64,000 nucleotides of DNA from Lingula anatina (lineage: Eukaryota > Animalia > Brachiopoda): NCBI GenBank assembly GCA_051362555.1, contig CM120642.1, forward strand, positions 4,960,001-5,024,000, in the 5' to 3' direction. Shown here piece by piece: positions 24,410-37,000 of the stretch. Below the pieces are notes generated by a model. The model searched no databases, was not told where the DNA came from, and saw nothing but the letters and a program-made list of their open reading frames with translations. The position numbers and the translations under genes are program-made. Position 1 is the first letter of the stretch, and every line of letters begins with the position of its first letter.

Positions 24410-25544
24410 TTTGTTTTGGTAGGTGAGCTGTTATCGTAAGAAACACGTGCACTGCGTTATTAGCCTTGCACCAGTTAACTGGAGTCAAGGCCTTAACTGG
24501 CCTTGACCCAGATTTGCACTACCAACAAATTTTAGGCAAATCAGAAGTTTTGGACATAGTTTCGCCAAAAACATAAAAAGAATCAAACTCACGACAAATA
24601 ATTTCACTAAAGTTAAAATATTCTATCATTATATTATACTTCATGTTTCAGGTGATTAATTGTAATCTGACAGAGATTTTTTAAACGAATCCCATATGTG
24701 ATTTTGATGATTGGGTCTTTTTTGCCTCTGTGTGTGTGTGTGTGCGTGTGTGTGTGTGTGTTTGGTAGACAAGAATGGTTTTCTTTTTCTTTAGGTGCAT
24801 TAACCAGGTTGATCAAGCAATGATCTGTGTGACTTTAGAGAATACGGAACCTATATATGCCACGTTGGGTCACTACATCTCGGTCAAACGGCGGTCACTA
24901 GGCCACGCACCGATCTTGTTCAGCTGCAAGCTGCATGTTAAAAGCGGCTAGTTTACTACTTATTGAATCTAACCAATGTTGGAAACAAGATTATTCGCTT
25001 ACGCCAGAATAAATTTCCAGTATTAAATTCTATACTCGCATAGAGGATATATTTTCCGTGCAGTTAAAAAATTAACCCCCCAACCCTTTTAACAAACCAA
25101 GAAACAAGACACTTTATAATATTATACAATATCAATTTATTGCAAGAATAGAAATCAAAAATAACATTTATCTGTTCTCTTAACACATGTTCTAACATTT
25201 AAACAAACACTTTATAATCACCTAACATGGATATATATTATAACTTCAACAACTAAAAACAAAAAAGTTTATAGCTTCAAATCTTGTTGGGTTGTATGAA
25301 ATGCCAAAGAATCATTTGCTTTCAGCTAAGTCTCCTTACTCAGCTTAATACTGCAGCTTTTATGATTATTCATGAAAAAATAAAATGAAATATCAAACAG
25401 AATATCAAATCATGATTCCATTATAATTGTTATATCTCTGCTAACAGCAGTCACTTCTTGTGCAAAAAAAATTACTATCCAAAATTTCAAGCACATCTCA
25501 CATGGTTAAGGCTCAAGTCAAGACTTCACTCAGTCTATAGTCTG

Positions 25545-28107
25545 TATTGACCCATTAGAGCCTGCGTCATCAAAACAAACGGCAGCCATACTGGAGGGAG
25601 ACCGGAATCGTCTGCTGCGCATGAACAAGCCATGTCTGTAGTTCACTTTTCGTTTTCTGTATTTTTTTCATATTTAACCTAGCAAAATGATGAATTACTG
25701 CAGGGTATTTGATCGAGAGAAGGTAACTTACTTTACAAGCGTTCACAGACTGCCTGCAGTGGTAAAAATCCATGGTGAAGGAACTAAAACCATAAACGGA
25801 GGAGAGACGGCGAGGTGGCTTTGAATCAAGACTCTTCGGAAAAGTAAAGGATAAAACTAATTTATTTTATAGCAAATAATGAAGAGCCAACTGTGCAGAT
25901 TTACCATAAAAGAAAAAACAGTAGAACACCAAAGACCTAGGTGTGTACGTTTGGGGCGCACGTATATATTTAAAGTAGTGCCCAAAAAGTGTGGATGGAG
26001 AGTGTGTTAATTTGTTAAAACGTGTGGAAATACCCAGGCAGGGTTTCGACTTTTGTAATGAAGACTCACCTATTGCCTTGGGTGTAATTTGTTATCAGTT
26101 ACGGTGCTCTCTAGATTTTATCGGCTGTCACCTACCTCTTTTATACCTGGTTAGCATTATTCCCAATTAGTGTCAAGGCTATATTTGTACTGTACACAGC
26201 TGAGCTGGGCCAATTAAATCAATTACCTGTATGAAGTGTATTTGGAAGTTAGTGGCTTAATTTTCGATTTGGTGTAGTGATAAGAGTAATTTTATTTTGC
26301 AAGTAAATTCTACCTCAGGTGTAATTGACATATAACTTTAATAACCTTATGAAATAATTTTGCACTTTCCTCTGTAAAAATGTTAAATTCTGCTCCTTTC
26401 AACTGTAATGTTGTAAGTTATAATATGAATAAAAATCACTATTGTTATCTTTCTATTAATTTAGATTTACATGTAGGAAATTGATCAGGCATTTCCCACC
26501 AAGCCACACTGATTGGGTGCAAGTAAATTATTAAAAAAAAAAAAAAAAAACGGAAGCTTTTGATGACAGGTACAAAAGGCAGCTAGATGACATACAAGGT
26601 AGAAGAAGCAAAAAAAATTCCTAGATCTCTGTGACCAGCTGAGGAGACAGGATCTGAACATCAGGAGAGTGAAATCCAGTGCATGACAGGAGTTATTTAA
26701 TTGAAGCGACACTCAGAACTCAGCATTTCATGTTCACTTTTATTCATACAAAATGTGCACTTTTCCTTTATGTTTAAGCAAATGGTTGCAGAAATCAATT
26801 CATGAACTGAATTATTATTTTACATTGGACATCATAAATACATGATTGTGAAAAATGCCTTGCTTCTGTGAATGACTGAATAATAATAAAATCCTAACAA
26901 TGTTGCTTATATGAATGGTTGCATTCATGGTGAATATTAAACTCTCTCAAACAACAGTCTCGTTACATGTACTTTCTAATGAACCAAAATGAAGTACAAG
27001 AATGCTGAAATAATTTAAAAAGTTGATGATGGTATAGAGCAAATGTTCTGCATACTTTACTTCTGTACTGTATAAACATTAGCATCTGAAAATCCCCAAT
27101 TTAGTTAGGCTTTACATTAAAAAAAGAGAACAACAAATACCTGATATTGCAGTTTTAAAGTAAATTTAAAATACATGAATTTTGTTCACTGAATACCTAG
27201 CAAAATATTCTCAATGCAAATGGTATATAAAATTTTATAAAATCAGTTTGATACAATACTTTTTATGGCAGTAGATGTATTTTGAAAACTTATTTACAAC
27301 ACAACTCACCAGCTTTATTTTGATAGGACACGTCTTTTTCATCATTGACATAGTTTCTATTGCTCCATTGATATCAAGTGTATAGTCCCATGGCAAATTC
27401 CCATTCTCTAAGTCCCACTTAAACTGAGGTTTGAGGATATTTGTAGTGCCTAACAAATGCTTCTGTGAATGACTGAACTAATAATAAAATGCTAACAATG
27501 CTGCTTATATGAATGAACAACAGTCTTGTTACATGTACTTTCTAATGAACCAATATGAAGTACAAGAATGCTGAAATAATTTCTGACAGCTTCACGATGT
27601 AAAGATAAGTCATAACTAACAGCAATATTTCATGTCATAAGACAATCATACATTCTTCCTTGAATCCACAAGGGTTTATCCTAATGATCAGCTCAAATTT
27701 TTTATATCTATCCTTTATGAAAACAGTTGCTTCTATTTATGGTTAAACTTATGATTACACATTAAACTCTCTCAAACTATAACTGTTATTACCCAATGAA
27801 CAAGAAAAATGAAGTACAAGATAACTGAACTATCTTCTGACAACACGATGTTGGGTAAGTAGCATTTAGTAGGATTTCACGTTTTTAGACTGTCTTGAGT
27901 TCATATCGGTCGATCCCGCTGATCAGCTGAAGCCTCAGCTTGTATATATCCTTTTCCCTTTGGTGTCCTTGATCGTGATATGAAGTTTACTTTATTTTAT
28001 TTGGTTTACCTATATTTACGCTACTATTCCCCGTCGTTCATTCCCTCCAGCATGGCCGCGGGACTAGTGTTACGGAGCAAATATGACGTCACTGTAATCG
28101 GTTAATA
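25545..28107. mobile_element. ~2.56-kb TIR-bounded insertion in the 3' region of sHSP copy A
   Basis: Absent from copy B. Ends TATTGACCCATTAGAG / CTGTAATCGGTTAATA, plus subterminal inverted GCCATACTGGAGGGA / TCCCTCCAGCATGGC. Internal direct repeats occur at ~26863, ~27460 and ~27760. Confidence 0.6.
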
Positions 28108-28220
28108 TAGTAGATAGCTGTACCCAGTAGCTTAGAACTGCATTTCAACAGTCACACATGCATAGATTAGAGATCGAGGGGAAGGTGATAGTCTGTGCAG
28201 TACAAATTTATATATACAGT

Positions 28221-28715
28221 TTATGTGTGCTGGATTGCAATCTTGTGTTCCTTTGGCTTGTCCTCGATCATGTTTTCAGGAACAGGTGCTTCCAGGGTCA
28301 GCATGCCGTCTGGACGAAGGGCAGAGGTCAAACTCTTCGGTTCAACGCCCTCTGGCAAAGTGAAAGTACGGGAGTACTGGCGGAAAAGGGATTTTCCGTC
28401 GCCGCTCTCTTCGTGCTTGGCCTCGACGGTGACTAGATTGCCCTTGGTTTTAACGTCCAGTTCCTCTGGCTTAAATTGATGAACATCAAAGACGTACTTC
28501 AATTTCTTCTTACCATCCTCTTCCACGATGGGGTAGTTTTGGAAGTGGTTTTCTTGCATTCCACGCACTTGCCCTGGGTAGTTTTGGAACATGTGATGGT
28601 ACATTTGATGCATTTGGCGGTTCATGCGATCCATGTCACGACGCATTTCGGTCCAGGGATCTCGAACTGCCCTCTCTTCAACGAATGGCTCGAGCAAAAG
28701 CGGTAGCAAACTCAT
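28221..28715 (-). CDS. Small heat-shock protein (HSP20/alpha-crystallin domain), intronless, copy A
   Basis: 164-aa ORF with FDVHQFKPEELDVK, VEAKHEE, FRQYSRTFTLPEGV, LRPDGMLTLEAP and a C-terminal IxI motif (IAI). Confidence 0.95.
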   Translation of the reverse strand: MSLLPLLLEPFVEERAVRDPWTEMRRDMDRMNRQMHQMYHHMFQNYPGQVRGMQENHFQNYPIVEEDGKKKLKYVFDVHQFKPEELDVKTKGNLVTVEAKHEESGDGKSLFRQYSRTFTLPEGVEPKSLTSALRPDGMLTLEAPVPENMIEDKPKEHKIAIQHT

Positions 28716-28850
28716 CTTGCTTCACGACAATTAACTGTGTAAGTACAGCAGTGGTAGTAGTAAATGGAGTGTTCGCTTGTATCGTCTCTCTCTCTCGGAG
28801 GCTTTGGTAAGCAAGTTGTCTTTGATCTGTGCAGCTGTCACGTTGCGACG

Positions 28851-28992
28851 CTTTTATACACTGCGACCAGCCTTCTAGAACCCGCGGAACGTACTGTTTT
28901 GACTTGACCCGAAACGACTCGAACACGCGTGGTAGACCTAGAACACTCTAGAAGCGTGAGGGGGATTCGACAAAGCGAAAGTTCCCGATGCA
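28851..28992 (-). promoter_or_regulatory. TATA box and heat-shock elements of sHSP copy A
   Basis: TATAAAAG on the minus strand at ~28851-28858. nGAAn inverted arrays TTCTAGAA (28873), GAACACTCTAGAA (28941) and GAAAGTTCCCGAT (28977). Confidence 0.8.
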
Positions 28993-29821
28993 AAGACAGT
29001 TTAACAGGTTTGGTATATGTTTTTGACTGTAAGGAAATTCACAAAGAAATTTAGTATAATTAGACTTGTGATTTGAACTGATAAAATTGATATAATAATT
29101 TATAGACATGAAACGGTGTATATTTTATAGCCTGTCACCCCTCCATCATCATAAACCCTTCTGGTGCTTTTCAAATCAATATATGATAATCAAACACAAT
29201 GGTGGTGCACAAGAGATAAAATGGGGCAAAGTTACTTGCCATCTGCAATACTTTTTTTTCATATCCACTCACAGAGTGTATGTCAAAGAAAAAAGTAGGT
29301 GAAATTTAATGTTTGTTGGCAATGTTTTGACTGGACACGACTGACCTACTTTCCATAGTAATTTTGTTTTCATTACTGTTTCGTTTGATGGAACACTACA
29401 ATTAGAGATGTGTTGAAACAAGTCTTTTTGAAGAATGTTGGATTTTGTTATGCTTAATAAATTTGTCAATCATATGAACAATTTGTATTAAATGTGATAA
29501 AAGAAGTCTCGAAATATTTGTAGTTAACTAAACTTTATTGATTATTTAGCTTTGCATGTTTCATATGGAAGTGGCGGGGGAGTCTATTGAAAGTGTTTAG
29601 GGAGCATTTGCTGACTAACAAATATATTTCTAAGTGCAGAGAACGTGGTAAGAGCTTTATAGTCATTTCTTGACTGCATGCACGGTATTGGTCATGTTTC
29701 CCCCTCAAGTTATCGAAAAGTGCAATCGGAAATATTTGACAATACAAATTAAGTGACAAATCCCGACAACTTTTACCACGTTCGGCTGTCGAGAGGACGC
29801 AGACTCTTTTAGGAGAAACGG

Positions 29822-29947
29822 TACCCTCTACCAGGGTGGCAGACTATATAGGGAAAAAAGGGAAAATTAACCGAGCCAAATGGCTGTCTATTTATATAGA
29901 GACATATCTGTGAAAAATCAATCTGTCGCCCTGGTAGAGGTAGGGAA
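29822..29947. mobile_element. Short copy of the Mutator-like MITE
   Basis: TACCCTCTACCAGGG...CCCTGGTAGAGG, with 9-bp TSD GAGAAACGG at 29813-29821 and 29948-29956. Confidence 0.7.
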
Positions 29948-30796
29948 GAGAAACGGCAGGACAGTTCAGAAAATGTCGGAAACTGCATCACAGACCAAAA
30001 AAAAAAAAAAAATAGTTGTTGATAGATGGCGCAGTGAGTCTTGAATTTCAATTTAAAAACCAGTAATAATATTGGCAAGGAGTGAGGGTTTTGCTTAAAA
30101 TTAAAAGCCTAACACCACCCATTTTGTCTTTCTCTCCTTCATCATTCTAGGAAATAAGGCCCCTAATATAAGTGTAAAATGGAAAGTGTTTTGCACTTAA
30201 AATTATTCACAACAGATAATAAGTTCAGGTTATTTCTGGCAATATCTGCATAATAACAGCAATATAAAAAACTAACTTTTTTAATGTTCTGTAAAAGGTA
30301 ATAAAGAAGATTAAAAAATATAGGGTAACAAAATTTTTTTGCTCACAAGCTCCAAGTAAGCATTATACTGGTAAAAACTAGATCTGGAGGGTGACAAGCC
30401 ATTAGCTGAAAACGCAAGGTTCCCTCTCTCACATGCATACATAATCTATCTCTCTCTCTCATTTTTCAGTAATGTACCTGCTGTAATTCATACCATATCA
30501 GTCTGTTTTTCTAAAGCCAGCATAATTTTTGGGATATGCTGCATATTGTTGCAAACTGTCAAAAATAATGTACGGAATTAGCTCACTTCGGGATTCATTG
30601 TTTTGCTATTTAATATTGGCTGCTATTGAAACAACACTGTTGAATTTATAAGTTTTGCACCAGTTTACTGGAGGGAGGGCAGTGACTGGCCTTGACCTAG
30701 GTTATCGCTACCATCAAATTCATGCGATTAAGTTTTGGATATAGTTCTCCCCCCTCCCCAAAGAGAAAACAAGAAAATTATTTCAATTATGGTTTA

Positions 30797-31184
30797 AACT
30801 AGAAAAGCACTCACTCAGAGTGCAGACCTCAGCCAAGGCAGCAAAGTCTCCATCCAATGCCATTTCACCCCTAAATTTTCGATAGTTTTGATTAATGATT
30901 GATTATTGATCCAGATCACCACCAAAAACTAATCATCTGTTCCTTGCCCCACTTCTGACAGTTCCTGAAAATTTCATCAAAATCGGTCCATAACTTAGTT
31001 TTTTATTATTGATTGATTATTGATCCGGATCACCACCAAAAACTAATCACTTCTAAGTAAACCCATTTCTGACCTACCCTGAAAATTCCATCAAAATTCA
31101 TCCATAACTTTTTGAGTTATGTTGATGACAGACAGACAGACAAACAAACAGGTGTGAAAACATTACCTCCTTGGCAGAGGTAAT
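30797..31184 (+). mobile_element. HINE/Helentron-like non-autonomous element
   Basis: Subterminal inverted repeats CCTCAGCCAAGG / CCTTGGCAGAGG, two ~120-bp internal repeats, a (GACA)n tract and a 3' hairpin ATTACCTCCTTGGCAGAGGTAAT. Absent from duplication copy A. Confidence 0.75.
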
Positions 31185-32171
31185 TATTGTATTGTTATCT
31201 TGATTAAAGTGATTAATTGTTATTCGAGAGAGATTTTTATACTAATACTATTATTTTGATTGGGCCTAATATTTTTAGGTGCACTAACCAGGTTGATTAA
31301 GCAAAATCTATGTGACATCTGACAATAAGGAGCATATGTCAGCCATTTTACGTGGCACTTGGTCAACCCTGTCGATCACTACATTTCAGTCTAACGGCCA
31401 TAACTAGTCCACTTATAGAAGATCTTGTTTAGCTTCGAGCTGCGTGGCTAAAAGCTGCTGGGCCAATACTCATAGAATCCAACCAAAATCGGAAACAAAA
31501 GATTCTTCTTTTATGTCAGAATAACTTTCATGGAGGCCAGTATTAAATGCTATATTCATAGGTACTTTTCCTTGCGATTTATAAATACCCCCCCAGTTGT
31601 CACTAACCAACAAGACAACACATTTAATTATAAAATATATCAATTTATTGGAAGAATAGAAATCAAAAATAACATTTACATGTTCTCTTAACACATGTGG
31701 TAACATTTAAACAAACACTATAAACTCACTGAACATTGATGTCACCATAAAAAACTTAAAACAATTAAGTTAAGCTTCAAATCTGTATTGGATTGTATAA
31801 AATGACAAATAATCATTTTCTTGCAGGTAACATTTGTTGGAAATAAATGCTTTATGCATAATAATCTCCTTACTCAACTTAATTGCTGCAGCTTTTGTGA
31901 TTAATCACAAAAAAAAAAATGAAATAGAATTTCTAATCATGATTCCATCATAAACGTTATCTCTGCAAACAGTCACTTCTTGTGCAAAAAAATTACTGTC
32001 CAAATTTTCAAGCACATCTCACATGGCTGATCAAGTCAAGACACCGGCCTGCAATGTCAGTCCGTTTACACAGAACTGCATGCATCTCATCAGTCACATG
32101 CATACTAGTAGATTAGAGATCGAGGGGAAGGTGATAGTTCGTGCAGTACAAATTAATATATACAGTTTAAA

Positions 32172-32666
32172 TTATGTGTGCTGAATTGCAATCTTGCGTT
32201 CCTTTGGCTTGTCCTCGATCATGTTCTCAGGGACAGGCGCCTCAAGGGTCAGCAGTCCGTCTGGACGAAGGGCAGATGTCAAGCTTTTCGGTTCCACGCC
32301 CTCTGGCAAAGTGAAAGTACGGGAATACTGGCGGAAAAGGGATCTTCCCTCGCCGCTCTCTTCGTGCTTGGCCTCGACGGTGACTAGATTGCCCTTGGTT
32401 TTAACGTCCAGTTCCTCTGGCTTAAATTGATGAACATCAAAGACGTACCTCAGCTTCTTATTACCATCCTCTTCCACGATGGGGTAGTTTTGACAGTGGT
32501 TTTCTTGCATTCCACGCACTTGTCCTGGGTAGTTTTGGAACATGTGATGGTACATTTGGTGCATCTGGCGGTTCATGCGATCCATGTCACGTCGCATTTC
32601 GGTCCAGGGATCTCGAACTGCCCTCTCTTCAACGAATGGCTCGAGCAAAAGCGGTAGCAAACTCAT
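32172..32666 (-). CDS. Small heat-shock protein (HSP20/alpha-crystallin domain), intronless, copy B
   Basis: 164-aa ORF with 7 amino-acid differences from copy A. Confidence 0.95.
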   Translation of the reverse strand: MSLLPLLLEPFVEERAVRDPWTEMRRDMDRMNRQMHQMYHHMFQNYPGQVRGMQENHCQNYPIVEEDGNKKLRYVFDVHQFKPEELDVKTKGNLVTVEAKHEESGEGRSLFRQYSRTFTLPEGVEPKSLTSALRPDGLLTLEAPVPENMIEDKPKERKIAIQHT

Positions 32667-32805
32667 CTTGCTTCACGACAATTAACTGTGTAAGTACAGC
32701 AGTGGTAGTAGTAACTGGAGTGTTCGCTCGTATCGTCTCTCTCTCTCTCTCGGAGGCTTTGGTAAGCAAGTTGTCTTTGATCTGTGCAGCTGTCACGTTG
32801 CGACG

Positions 32806-32945
32806 CTTTTATACACAGCGACCAGCCTTCTAGAACCCGTGGAATGCTGTTTTTTACCTTGACCCGAAACGACTCGAATCCATGCAGATCTAGAACACTC
32901 CAGAAATACTGGTAGGGGGATTCGACAAAACGAAAGTTCCTGATG
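32806..32945 (-). promoter_or_regulatory. TATA box and heat-shock elements of sHSP copy B
   Basis: TATAAAAG on the minus strand. TTCTAGAA, GAACACTCCAGAA and GAAAGTTCC are conserved with copy A. Confidence 0.8.
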
Positions 32946-33873
32946 CAAAGACAGTTTAAAAGTTTTGGGCATAATTATTTTGAATGTAATGGATGTTCCG
33001 AAAGAAATTAAGTTCTAGTTGAATTGCGATTTGAATCGTTATATTCTTTTAGTATTTACAATCATGAAACAGTATATATTTTATAGCCTGTGACCCCTCC
33101 ATAATAAACCCGTCTGGTGTTTTTCAATTCAATGAATGATAATCAAACACATGATGGTGCACATTAGATAAATCGGGGCAAAGTCTTTAAGTTTATCGGT
33201 ATCTGCAATGCTACCTTTTCTATATCCAAATTGCATTTCAAAGAAAAAAGTAGGTGATATTCCATTTTTGTTGACTGGTTGTCGTCTGACCCACTTTTAA
33301 AAGAAATTGTGTTTTTGCAATTGTTTTGCAATTGATGAAACACTACAAGTAGGGGTATGGTGAAACAAATCTTTGAGCAAAATGATCGGTTCTGTTATAC
33401 TAAATAAAATTGTCAATAATCTGTATAAACGAAATTAAATTTGATAAAGAAATATCGGGGCATTTTACTAAACTAAACTTAAAACATTAACCAGCTTTGC
33501 ATGTTAGACATGGAAATGGCGGGGAAGTCTACACTAAAGGCGGTTGAAAATGTTTAGGGAGCATTTGCTGACTCCCGAATATTTTTTCAAATCCAGATGT
33601 GGTGGTAAGATCTTTTTGATCATTTCCCGATGCCATTGGTCATGTTTCCCTCAAAGGTATTGAAAAGTGCAATCGGACAGGTTTGGCAGTACGAAGTGAC
33701 ACAACGATCCACTGAACAGACATTTAACCATAACAGACTAGTGAAAGCCTGTCATAATCCTTAGTTCATTATACCCCCCCCCCCCCCATGAATAAAAAGT
33801 ACAAATTGTTTTAAATCTGCACCAGGATGTATTTATTATTTTTGTTATTTTTGTAGTTGTAGTGATAACTAAA

Positions 33874-33900
33874 AGAACTTACAAGAACATTCTAGAATTT
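33874..33900. promoter_or_regulatory. Strong heat-shock element between sHSP copy B and the first coding exon of CCHCR1
   Basis: aGAActTACaaGAAcaTTCtaGAAtt: five in-phase pentamers, the last three a perfect HSE. Confidence 0.6.
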
Positions 33901-34070
33901 AGCAGATCATCCCAGCTGTAGTACTCGGTAGAAGTAAAGCTTCCAAAAATGTTCAGTAGCAATTGACAGTGATGTAAACGACCAAGAGTGAATATATATG
34001 TATATATTTTTGTTTTGCACTAGGCAAGAATGGTACTAAATCATTTTCATTATTATTTTCATAAGGTGGC

Positions 34071-37000
34071 ATGGCTTCAGGTAAATCTAAAGAAACTCTT
34101 CTGCCACCGTCAGCTTTCCAAAGACCAGCTGCCTCCAAGCCTACCGTGATTCCATCTGCCATTGGAAAACATAAAGATCTTCAGGTGGGAGATGAAGAAA
34201 AAGAGGAAAAAAGATATCCCTGGAGAGAGTTAAATAGATTGTCAGATGAAATAAGTGATTTAAGAGCAGAGAACCGAAGGCTGAGGTATGTATGTTTAAT
34301 TCGTTTTGCTGCATAAATGATTTGCAGATGCCCAATGTATGCCAGAAAATTTAAATACATGTGCATGCAGCTAACTGGAATAATGATTCATATGTCAAAA
34401 CTTTCATTAGATAATTTTAAGCATTTAAGAGGGTTAAATATATATCAGAGAAATGTGTTAAGCAAAAGACGTGCTTAATATGTTAAGTACAGTATGATTG
34501 TATAAATTTCTGCTCACTTTTTTACAGGGATAAAAAGCCTGCTGCTATCATACCCACAAGTGAGGTGAGAAAAAAACATTTCATAATAGCATTAGTACAT
34601 ATTGGATCATGATTTGAAGACTTAAGTGTTTTCAGTGACTGAATAAATTTTTTCGGTTTCTTATTTCCGTCTCCTGTTGTTGAACTTACTGTAATGACTC
34701 CATCCTTTCAATGGGCATATCTTTCAGATATATTATTTTGGACTCAAATAAAAATTATATTTCTTTAAAGCATTTGTGGTGCTTTTACTACATAGAATAA
34801 AACTAAAACGTGTACTCTTTTCAATTTTGTTGCTTCCACCCAGTAAGAATGTTATAATTTTAAGCATTTATGATTTGGAAAAGTCAAGTATCTGAAAAAG
34901 TCACAATTTCCTCTAACAAAAAGATTGAGTCCTTCCTGTAAATAGATATACATATGTATTTCTGGTCATTGGTAGGAGATCAAGGCCAGAGTGGATGTCC
35001 ACCACTCGCCCTCTGAGAGATCAGACAGTCGCCATTTTGATGACATCATCAGCAGACAGGCTACAGAGGTTGCTGAGCTGAAACTCCAGCTCAGTAAAGC
35101 AAAAGCTGATCACAATCAAAATGTGCTAAGGTGCGTTTCTCATCCAATTGATAATGCATGGTTAGATGTGCTTTTGCTGGATTTTTTTTTTATCTAAAAA
35201 TATAAAATTGAATTTAAATAAGTATCTGTATATGCTATAAGTAAATACATAAGTACATTTAGATATATGGTCAGGACAACATACTTGCCTCAAGCCAGGC
35301 AGTCAATTATCAGGATATGGCGCACTAACAGTATTGCAGTACTTCCTTCCTCTCTTCTTTTCTTAATTTTATTGCATACATGTATTGGTTCAGGAATTAT
35401 TATTATAGTATTTTGTCATCAGACTTGAAGGACAGATTGCCAGCAGTGATATAAAACATGAACAAACATTGGCAAGACTACAAGAAAAACTTAGACAAGA
35501 AGAAGAGAGATTTAAGAATGAGGTATTTATACATTTATGTGTACAAACAGGGGTTTTAAATCAGTAGATCATTAAATGTAGGAGGGGGGCATTTTGGGAC
35601 AACTGAAAAAAAAACAGCCTTTTCTTAGTAGCCCTGAGTCGGTGTAAGAGATTCTGATAGAAATCCTTTTGAACAAAAGTTTGTGGCCTCCTAGATTTTT
35701 GCTTAAGAAAATGTTGGACAAAGATTAAAAACTATGTTATTTTAATATGTTTTATACATGTGGGGGATGACTTTTATATATGAAAGGGGTATTGAAAATG
35801 CTACCAAAATTATTGTTAAAGCAATAAAAAATGAACATTTTTTGTTGAACTTGTATATGAAGTTGTTGGCTTGAAATGAATTCAAGCATTCTGTATTATT
35901 GTATCATATAGTATTCTTCATTTTACCATCTGTCTCTTTGCAGATAGACATTTTGAACTCAAATCACCAACAAGAGCTGTCAAGATTAGTAGTACAAGTG
36001 TCAGAACTAAAAGGACAGCTGCAACACCAACAGGAAACCAGACAAACTAAACGAGAGCAGCTGGAGAATGAAATGAGAAGATTACTGCAGGAGAAACAGG
36101 AACAAGAAGAAACAACAAAAAGAGATTTAGAGTAAGAATAGTATTGAATTTCAATTATCTCACCATGTATGTAAGAGTAAATGATTTTGTGTACAACAAA
36201 ATTTAGGGCACATTCATTCTGTGTAATTTTATTCTGTTTGTTAACTAAGGTTAATATGTTGGATGCTCTTTCTTAAGTATTATGAATAACCCTTGGATAC
36301 CTCCTAGAATATCAAACGGTCAGTCGTTTGATAAAAATAAAGCTTTAGATTTAAACACGATAAATAAAACATGAGACTTTAAAAAATTTCCAGTCAGAAA
36401 GATTTTTGGCTTTTTATTCTAGTGAAAAAGAAGCTCAACTGTTTAACCAGTCCAAAGAGATCCAGAAGCTGCAGAGCTATATCAAGCAGACTCAGGAATA
36501 TGCACAGTCTACAGAAGCATGGAGAATAGACAAGCAAACCATGGAAAGAAAACTTGCGGTAGCTGGATTTCTTTTATGTGAAGTTTCATAGAATTTTTTT
36601 ATTCTGCAAGCTCATATGTAGTTTGCTGTGTGTTCATATTTCAGTTATGTGTGTGTAATATGTGCAAATAATGCACCCTTTTGGCTTGGTCACAAACTTT
36701 GCAAAATGTTTATTTGTAGAATTCATAAGTAATGAAGAAACAAGCTAGGAATTTCATGCGAATGTAACCAATTATTTTATAGTATTTGTATATTTTGTTT
36801 TTCATTCTCTTAAAAAATCTTGATTCAGGAAGTGCAGGGTGTGAAGGAGGGTCTGGAGTCAACTCTTCAGTTGCTTCATATTCGACTGAATTCTTTGAAT
36901 GAAATTCTTTCAATACAGGAGAAAGAACTATCTAAGGTTTGTAAAACATATTTTTCATTAAATAAGTTACCAAACTATTATATATATGATTATTTGGCTT

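Larger units (their letters stand above)
24360..33700. repeat. Tandem segmental duplication (copy A ~24360-29760, copy B ~30545-33700) containing the sHSP gene
   Basis: Collinear matching blocks upstream and downstream of both sHSP ORFs, e.g. 25130-25525 vs 31638-32042 and 28716-29760 vs 32667-33700. Confidence 0.85.

Noticed and set aside
28158-32657. Plus-strand ORFs overlapping both sHSP genes
   Set aside because: Antisense shadow frames of the real sHSP coding sequences.
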